A stretch of 62,895 bases of DNA, filler included, from Stramenopiles sp. TOSAG23-2 (taxonomy: Eukaryota): assembly GCA_900128395.1 (NCBI GenBank). It is 6 parts of 6 records of this genome, joined end to end, with 100 filler letters (N's around TTAATTAATTAA, not from the genome) between each part and the next. Parts side by side here need not be neighbours in the genome. Positions count along the whole stretch, not along the records: positions 52,532 to 62,895 come from LT650021.1; 5 more parts are not named here. One strand, written 5' to 3'. A program made the translations under genes and the position numbers. The notes beneath the pieces were generated by a model, which saw nothing but the letters and a program-made list of their open reading frames with translations, was not told the origin of the DNA and did not search any database. Positions 56,127 to 62,895 of this stretch are shown here, in pieces (within the stretch, counting starts at the first letter, position 1; every line of letters starts with the position of its first letter).

Positions 56127-58430
56127 ATGGATCATTCACCACCGAATCATGCATCGGCAAAAGCGTTTTCACGTGCATCCGAAGATGATTTGTTATCAAT
56201 AGATCTATTGCAAGAAGTATGTGGAAACGAAGATTTAGAAACGGTTGAGGAAGTTGAAATTATATTCAACGCCATAGCTGAAATAAGTAATTTAGACCGA
56301 TGTATTAATTTGAGATCCTTATCATTGATTGGTGTCGGCTTAAAGCGTATCTCGAATCTGGCATGTGTAGGGCATTGTTTAGAACGTTTGTCACTGTCTG
56401 GAAATGCTATAACAAAGATTGAAAACTTGTATTTACCTAATTTAAGAGAGTTATACTTACATCAAAATGCTATTTGTCGAATAGAAGGTTTTGAAGGTTG
56501 TCCAAAGTTACAACGATTGTGGTTGACTGAAAATCGCATAGTGAAGCTGGAAAATTTACAATGCTTGGGAGATTTAAGAGAATTCTGTTTGCAAGGCAAC
56601 AAAATTAGCAGAATACAAAATTTAGAACATTTAGTCAATTTAGAATGTTTTGAAATGGCTGGTAACCGTATAGCTGATTTTAAAGATTTACAACGGCTGG
56701 CACATTTACCAGCAATGCGAACACTATCATTAATTGATCCAGATCATGGAACCAATCCTATTGCTAAAGCGGATGGTTACCGCCATTTTGTTTTATGCAC
56801 GTTAAAGCAAGTACAATTGTTAGATGGCGTTCCAGTGACATCAAATGCAAGATCTTTAGCCGAAGATGCATATATGCAACGTGTATTAAACTTTAACGAT
56901 AGGGTGGAGCAAGTTAGACGTGGAAATGAACGTGAGCTATTAGCAATTGAGGCACGAAGGCAACGTAATTTAGCAAATTCAGATAGTTTAAGGAAAGATT
57001 TACAAAATGCATTTGCAGAGTTAGAAAATACTATACAAGATGGTCGTGCGCGTATAGGTGCTGAACATAAACGCCAAACCCGTGTTCGCAAAGCCAATTT
57101 AACTGCACTTCAAAAAGGATTAAATGAATTGAGAAAACAACATACTGCTTCAATTGAACGATTAGTATCCGATGAAGAAATTCGCATGCAAGCAGAGGAA
57201 CAATGGTTTAGACTAGAACATAGCAAAATAACCGCGGAAAGAGACGAGGCCTTGTTTTTAGCAGAAATTCGTCCAAATCCTAATGGTAGCAATACGACAA
57301 ATAAATATTTAGATGATTCAAGAAAAGCGGTTTCATGCCAAGAGTTAAGTGAACATGTACCTGATTATCGATTCATAGCTGCACATTTTCGCGCATCAGC
57401 AACAGAGACTTCGTTGAAAGATAGTAAAGATGGTAAAAATAAGTTTGGCAAAAATAATAAAAGTAACAATAGTTTAGTAAATAGTGGCGGTATTAGCGAG
57501 GGACAAGAAATTCCTATTAGACGTTTGGCAATTGTAAAAGTATACAAAGTATTTTCTCAATTTTTATATGAACGATATGCAGCAGCATGTGCGGGCACGC
57601 CAGGCGCAGTGTCGGATGAAAATTCGAATTTAGTAAACCCTCCAGGTGGTACAGAACGTTTATATTTTGGTGGAAGCCATGCACAAATTCATCATATCAT
57701 AACAAATGGGTTTTCTAATGTGCCAGGGCCAAAAGGCAATGGGAAATTAGATGGACCAATTGTGTTGCACACTGATCCTGTATTAGCAATTGAACGTTGC
57801 GTACGTGGAGATTTAAAAGCTGGTGATGAAGATGCTGGTGTTAGCGGCAAAATATATGTAGCTCTCCTATGCCGAGTAGCATTGGGACAACGACATACAT
57901 TGTATGGAACACGTGGCCAAGCAGTGGACCCACCCTCAGATTTATTAGAACAAATACCCCCTGAGTGCCATACTGGCCAAGTGAATTATGGGACCGGTAA
58001 CAATGCTGGAGCATATTACGTAATACGGCCAGAACATTCGATGAGAGCAGTCCCAGAATCATTTTTACTAGTGCAAGAATTGCCAAAGACACAACCAGGC
58101 GGTATATCTTTGACTGGGATCAAGCTGGAACAAATGCTGAGTGAATTAACATTGCCTATTGATTTAAGTGGACCAGGACGGGAAGCATCTAGGATTCGGG
58201 ATGATTATGAACGTAGAGTATTAAAAGAAATGCAACGATATGAACAGAGGGTCGCTCAAGAAATGGATCCAGAAACTGCTGCCCAGCTACAAGAAGCTGA
58301 AGCGGAGGTTAGTCGTTTACGAGATACATTGCAAGGTTTAAGAAAACAAATTGATAGTGAGAAAGAGATGCAAGAAAGGATTTTAAGAGATTTTAGAGCA
58401 CAATATGGTTCAAGTGTTTTGAAGGCTTAA
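56127..58430 (+). CDS. LRRC9-like protein (SDS22-type LRRs, LRR cap, coiled coil, ART/PARP-like region)
   Basis: LxxLxLxxNxIxxIENL repeats and an NPI...YR..VL..L..V..LDG cap. ERLYFGG...IITNGF...LLCRVALG resembles a degenerate ADP-ribosyltransferase fold. Confidence 0.7.
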   Translation: MDHSPPNHASAKAFSRASEDDLLSIDLLQEVCGNEDLETVEEVEIIFNAIAEISNLDRCINLRSLSLIGVGLKRISNLACVGHCLERLSLSGNAITKIENLYLPNLRELYLHQNAICRIEGFEGCPKLQRLWLTENRIVKLENLQCLGDLREFCLQGNKISRIQNLEHLVNLECFEMAGNRIADFKDLQRLAHLPAMRTLSLIDPDHGTNPIAKADGYRHFVLCTLKQVQLLDGVPVTSNARSLAEDAYMQRVLNFNDRVEQVRRGNERELLAIEARRQRNLANSDSLRKDLQNAFAELENTIQDGRARIGAEHKRQTRVRKANLTALQKGLNELRKQHTASIERLVSDEEIRMQAEEQWFRLEHSKITAERDEALFLAEIRPNPNGSNTTNKYLDDSRKAVSCQELSEHVPDYRFIAAHFRASATETSLKDSKDGKNKFGKNNKSNNSLVNSGGISEGQEIPIRRLAIVKVYKVFSQFLYERYAAACAGTPGAVSDENSNLVNPPGGTERLYFGGSHAQIHHIITNGFSNVPGPKGNGKLDGPIVLHTDPVLAIERCVRGDLKAGDEDAGVSGKIYVALLCRVALGQRHTLYGTRGQAVDPPSDLLEQIPPECHTGQVNYGTGNNAGAYYVIRPEHSMRAVPESFLLVQELPKTQPGGISLTGIKLEQMLSELTLPIDLSGPGREASRIRDDYERRVLKEMQRYEQRVAQEMDPETAAQLQEAEAEVSRLRDTLQGLRKQIDSEKEMQERILRDFRAQYGSSVLKA

Positions 58431-60481
58431 AGGAGAGAGAGTTCAAACATTGGTGCAAAAAATGGTGCTAATTCTTTTCCTAATGTTGATGCTGCATCTT
58501 GCGATGTAAAACTATGTTCATCATCGAAACTAGGAACAGATCGAAAGAATTGTTCTAAAACTAAGCGACAAATTCTTTGTAAAGGCAAATCGAGGCCATA
58601 TACTTGCTGCAAATTAATACATCCCTCAGCCACATTCTGTTGGACATCTTTCATGAAGTAACCAATACGGAGTGGTAAAGGCATACCATTGGTAAAACTA
58701 TCATTAAGTGGAGAGAATATCAAAATAAATTGATACATCAAGGACCTTATTCTTGGATTGAACTCTTCAATCAAAATCTCTGAATGTGCTTTCAAATCAT
58801 TATGTAAGTTAAGGCCTATATCAGGAGATACAAGAGTATACAAATTATCAATGACATAAGCCCATGTATATTCTTCTTGTCCCATTTGTTTACTATTAAA
58901 ATAATCGTTTAATGCCTGGCTTTTAAGTACAGAGAAATCATGTCTCATTCCAGCATGTGAAACGACTTCTTCATATGATTCAAGGCGTTCTAAACTCTTA
59001 TAAATATCTGCTTCATTTACTCGATCATTCGTAAATCTTTTCAATCTGATCAAATCTTGAATTGTAATAATTTTTGACAGTTCAGCAATAACATGAAATA
59101 TGTGAATAAATATTAGCTGATTACCAACATTATGGCTTAATACGTTTTTCATCAATCTATCAATCCTTGTGGAGTGAAAAGCTCTATCATTTAATTTTGG
59201 CAAAGTAAAATCGACAACGCTATTCAATAAATCAAAAATCGTTATACTAGAGTTTTGACTTATTGCCATATGTACAAGGTTGACAGCTTCATTTGTAGCG
59301 GATGTGTTTAAATTTATACCAGCAACACGTTCATCAGTGGTTCTTTCTCTTCTTTGAACTGCATTATTATCATTATTATTGTTGTTATCATTATTATCGT
59401 TATTTCCATTCATAGTTCTATTAAACACATTTCGAAGAACATTCGCAATACCTGATATGGGATTTTCATTAGCACCATCATTACCACCTCTTCCTCTTCT
59501 CCCCCTTCTTCTTCTCCTACTTCCACGATTCCTTGCTTCATTTTCATTTCGTTCCTGTTCTTCCATCTCACGTTCTTCTCTTTCATTTTGAACATGTGTT
59601 TCGACACGATCTGCAAGTAAACTTATAGCACGTGAATATCTTCGTAAATCCCTAACAAATCTATCTGAACTTTCATCTTGCACTTCGGTTACTTCTCGAC
59701 CATCTTGATTTTGTCGATATCTGCGAGATTCTGTTACCATACGATTGCTCATTTGATTTGATAGTGTTGAACTCTCAAGCAATAAATCTTGCATTCTTTC
59801 CATATCATTATCAAATATAGCGCTTGACACACTATATGCATTGCCATTAACATTATTTGGACTGGCTATATTGTCTCGAACTAATCCTCGCAGGTGTGTT
59901 TGTAATTGATTAAGTGTATGAATTGGCACACTCATCATTGGATCAGCACCTTCGTTATCATCATCATTATTATTATAATTTTCATTATCATCATTATCAT
60001 CATTATCATCCATATCACTTGTATTTTGGGAGTCAGATGTGTCAGATGAGCTGCTATGAGAGCTTTCATCTGACGATTCTGAACCAGAACATAATGCAGG
60101 CATATCGTCAAAGAAACCTTCTGAACGTCCGTTCTCAGCTGACTTTTTCTTTTCATTATTATTAACTTGATCTTCTTCCTTCCCCTCTAACATAGCCGAT
60201 TCAATTTCTACTTCATCCAAGATGTTATCCAAAGAATCTCGATCATCATCCTCATCACTATCAGACTTATCGCTTACTACCTTAGGTTTATTTTCACTGT
60301 CACTCTTATCATCATCATCATCACTAACAAAGTCATCATCACTTACTAATGTTGGTGGTGTATCATTGTCACCCTGTTGTTCTTCTTTTTCATTGTTATT
60401 ATTATCATCATCATTATTTTCATCATCATTGTTTCCAACTGTTATTGGTGATGTTCTACCCCATGGATTAAAAAAAGACAT
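58427..60481 (-). CDS. Hypothetical protein with acidic low-complexity N-half and helical C-half
   Basis: 684-codon ORF with host-like codon bias; no recognised motif. Its stop overlaps the convergent gene's stop at TTAA (58427-58430). Confidence 0.75.
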   Translation of the reverse strand: MSFFNPWGRTSPITVGNNDDENNDDDNNNNEKEEQQGDNDTPPTLVSDDDFVSDDDDDKSDSENKPKVVSDKSDSDEDDDRDSLDNILDEVEIESAMLEGKEEDQVNNNEKKKSAENGRSEGFFDDMPALCSGSESSDESSHSSSSDTSDSQNTSDMDDNDDNDDNENYNNNDDDNEGADPMMSVPIHTLNQLQTHLRGLVRDNIASPNNVNGNAYSVSSAIFDNDMERMQDLLLESSTLSNQMSNRMVTESRRYRQNQDGREVTEVQDESSDRFVRDLRRYSRAISLLADRVETHVQNEREEREMEEQERNENEARNRGSRRRRRGRRGRGGNDGANENPISGIANVLRNVFNRTMNGNNDNNDNNNNNDNNAVQRRERTTDERVAGINLNTSATNEAVNLVHMAISQNSSITIFDLLNSVVDFTLPKLNDRAFHSTRIDRLMKNVLSHNVGNQLIFIHIFHVIAELSKIITIQDLIRLKRFTNDRVNEADIYKSLERLESYEEVVSHAGMRHDFSVLKSQALNDYFNSKQMGQEEYTWAYVIDNLYTLVSPDIGLNLHNDLKAHSEILIEEFNPRIRSLMYQFILIFSPLNDSFTNGMPLPLRIGYFMKDVQQNVAEGCINLQQVYGLDLPLQRICRLVLEQFFRSVPSFDDEHSFTSQDAASTLGKELAPFFAPMFELSLL

Positions 60482-60545
60482 ACTTGAGGTTGTTGTTAGA
60501 TCTGTATATATATATATTATTTATTCTATTATACATTTTCCTCTC

Positions 60546-61396
60546 TAACATTTATTTTGGTCGTTCTTAGTTGTTTTTCTTCATTCAATATAAATAATAA
60601 TAATAAATAAATAATAAATAATAATAATAATTAGAATATAAATAATAGTAGTAGTACCAGCCCTAAGGCCAGCCCAGCTAAGGCCAGCCAGGTAGTGATA
60701 ACATTTATTTTGGTCGTTCTTAGTTGTTTTTCTTCATTCAATATAAATAATAAATAATATAAATAGTGATGATGATTTCCGTTCTTCCTCCGTGAAAAAA
60801 AGAATGATGATTTTTATTTTATTATACCACCACCACACCACTGACTGGACCACCACACAACATACAACAACACCCAACCAACAACAACAACTTTTAGCAA
60901 GGATAATAATAATAATATTATATATGGTGGAAAACATGTAAATGACAATAAGCATAATAAATTGAAGGAATACTATTCAATTCATTCAAACAGTCAGAGA
61001 AAGATTTATATATAACATTTATTTTGGTCGTTCTTAGTTGTTTTTCTTCATTCAATATAAATAATAATAATAAATAAATAATAAATAATAATAATAATTA
61101 GAATATAAATAATAGTAGTAGTACCAGCCCTAAGGCCAGCCCAGCTAAGGCCAGCCAGGTAGTGATGATTTTTGATAAAATTATTTTACCACCACCACAC
61201 CACCTGGACTGGACCACACACAACAACACACCACCACTGGCATCACAAACAACAACAACTTTTATTAATTTATAGCAAGATAATAATAATAATACCTGGT
61301 AATATATATATGGTGGAAAACATGTAAATGACAATAAGCATGATAAATTGAAGGAATACTATTCAATTCATTCAAACAGTCAGAGAAAGATTTATA
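60546..61396. repeat. Partially triplicated intergenic segment (two divergent versions)
   Basis: The 55-bp block TAACATTTATTTTGGTCG...AATAATAA starts at 60546, 60699 and 61013. Segments 60699-61012 and 61013-61396 are diverged versions of the same sequence, like alleles. Confidence 0.8.
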
Positions 61397-61408
61397 TTAT
61401 AAGACAAA

Positions 61409-62602
61409 ATGGCACTTGCAAAAAATATTTTCATCGTTGGTGCAAAACGTACAGCGTTTGGTACATATGGTGGTACATTTAAAGCAAAATCACCAACTGA
61501 TTTATGTGCACATGCAGCACGCGCAGCATTAAACTCTGCAAGTGTAGATCCAACATTAGTAGATACCGTTGTGGTTGGAAATGTGCAGCAGACGGGAGAA
61601 GATACAATATATTTATCAAGGCATGTTGGTTTACAAGCTGGCGTTAGGATCGAAACCCCGTGTTTAACTGTAAATCGTTTATGTGGTAGTGGCTTTGAGT
61701 CAATAGCATCTGTTTGTCGTGATATGATGGTTGGTGATGCAGAAATTGGTTTAGCTGGTGGTGCGGAAGTTATGTCCCAAGCTCCATATGTAGCTAGAAG
61801 TATGAGGTGGGGAACTAAATTAGGTGTAAGTGAACCATTAGTGGATAGTCTGTGGGAAGGTTTGACGGATAAAGGCTGCAATTTACCAATGGCAATTACG
61901 GCAGAAAATTTAGCTGAAAAATACAACGTGACACGTGAAGAATGTGATGAATTCGGTGCACGTTCGCAAAAATTATGGAAAGAAGCACAAGATGCAGGCC
62001 GTTTCGTTGATGAAATTGCACCATATGAAGTGAAAACAAAGAAGGGTACTAGCGAATTTGCAGTTGATGAACATCCAAGACCAAGTGCAACTGCTGAAGC
62101 AATGGGTAAATTGCCATCCATCTTTAAAAAAGATGGCACCGTAACTGCAGGGAATGCATCTGGTATATCGGATGGTGCGGGTGCACTTGTATTGGCAACA
62201 GAAGAGGCAGTTGAGAAATATGATTTGAAACCAATGGCACGTATTGTCGCATTTCAATCATCTGGTGTTGATCCAACTATTATGGGTATTGGCCCTGCAC
62301 CAGCTATTCGTGGTGTATTAGACAAAGCTGGTATGACGTTGGATCAAATTGATCGTATTGAAATTAATGAAGCATTTGCTGCACAATTTATTGCATGTGA
62401 AAGAGAATTAGGTTTGAATCGTGATATATGTAATGTGAATGGTGGTGCAATTGCATTGGGTCATCCAACTGGTGCTAGTGGTAGTCGTATTATAGGACAT
62501 TTAGCACATCAAATGAAAAATGATAAAGATTTAAAATATACAATTGGTAGTGCATGTATTGGTGGTGGACAAGGTATTGCTATTTTACTAGAAAATTGTT
62601 AA
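61409..62602 (+). CDS. ACAA2: 3-ketoacyl-CoA thiolase (ACAA2-like)
   Basis: TVNRLCGSG, TAGNASGISDGA, EINEAFA, NGGAIALGHP and ACIGGGQG. Confidence 0.93.
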   Translation: MALAKNIFIVGAKRTAFGTYGGTFKAKSPTDLCAHAARAALNSASVDPTLVDTVVVGNVQQTGEDTIYLSRHVGLQAGVRIETPCLTVNRLCGSGFESIASVCRDMMVGDAEIGLAGGAEVMSQAPYVARSMRWGTKLGVSEPLVDSLWEGLTDKGCNLPMAITAENLAEKYNVTREECDEFGARSQKLWKEAQDAGRFVDEIAPYEVKTKKGTSEFAVDEHPRPSATAEAMGKLPSIFKKDGTVTAGNASGISDGAGALVLATEEAVEKYDLKPMARIVAFQSSGVDPTIMGIGPAPAIRGVLDKAGMTLDQIDRIEINEAFAAQFIACERELGLNRDICNVNGGAIALGHPTGASGSRIIGHLAHQMKNDKDLKYTIGSACIGGGQGIAILLENC

Positions 62603-62895
62603 AAATGATATTTAACAATATATATATATACGAGAATAATATATTATATTTAAAGTTTATACATGTAATTTATTTTTTAATTTACACTCTCAAATATAGT
62701 AATATATGACCAGATTTATCTGAGAAGATACAAATTTTCCAAAAATTCATGATTTTACAAAATCTACAAAAAAAAATCTAAATCTAAAATCTAACAATTA
62801 CAACAATATAATAAGAATAATACATCATATACTAATACGTAAAACACACACACACTCAATCGCAACAAGTATGGCATGTTTCAAAACATCTACAA

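Overview
This is AT-rich eukaryotic (protist) genomic DNA, not prokaryotic. Evidence: GT-AG introns with CTAAC/CTAAT branch points, poly-Asn tracts, nuclear genes for mitochondrial proteins, and DHHC, PH, IQ and LRRC9-like genes. A heterotrophic flagellate such as a stramenopile single-cell or metagenome assembly is my guess, not something the sequence establishes. The window is not one locus. It is six contigs of about 10.4 kb in decreasing length order, joined by artificial 100-bp spacers (44N-TTAATTAATTAA-44N). It carries many ~90-140 bp head-to-tail duplications and one mis-oriented segment, all probably assembly artefacts that split real genes. Most genes are housekeeping or metabolic: ADE2, GMP synthase, S28 peptidase, GH3, PrimPol, GatC, SDR, TK1, DHHC, mL40, PAM16, NudC-family, LRRC9-like and thiolase. 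Two things stand out. (1) Contig 3 holds a candidate innate-immunity or cell-death gene. Removing two duplications (94 and 101 bp) gives one ~1304-aa ORF: MLKL-like helical bundle, Q/N 21-aa repeats, protein kinase, coiled coil/ER-K helix, second MLKL-like bundle, LRR array. Its 78-bp LRR units have a near-invariant nucleotide framework but hypervariable xxLxLxx codons with fixed third positions (NNC/NNT). A convergent paralog lies 3 kb away and inverted-repeat elements flank the gene. (2) Contig 1 holds a J-domain (HPD intact) fused to a Cys-less pentameric ligand-gated ion channel with no signal peptide. All family assignments are by eye from motifs; no database searches were run.
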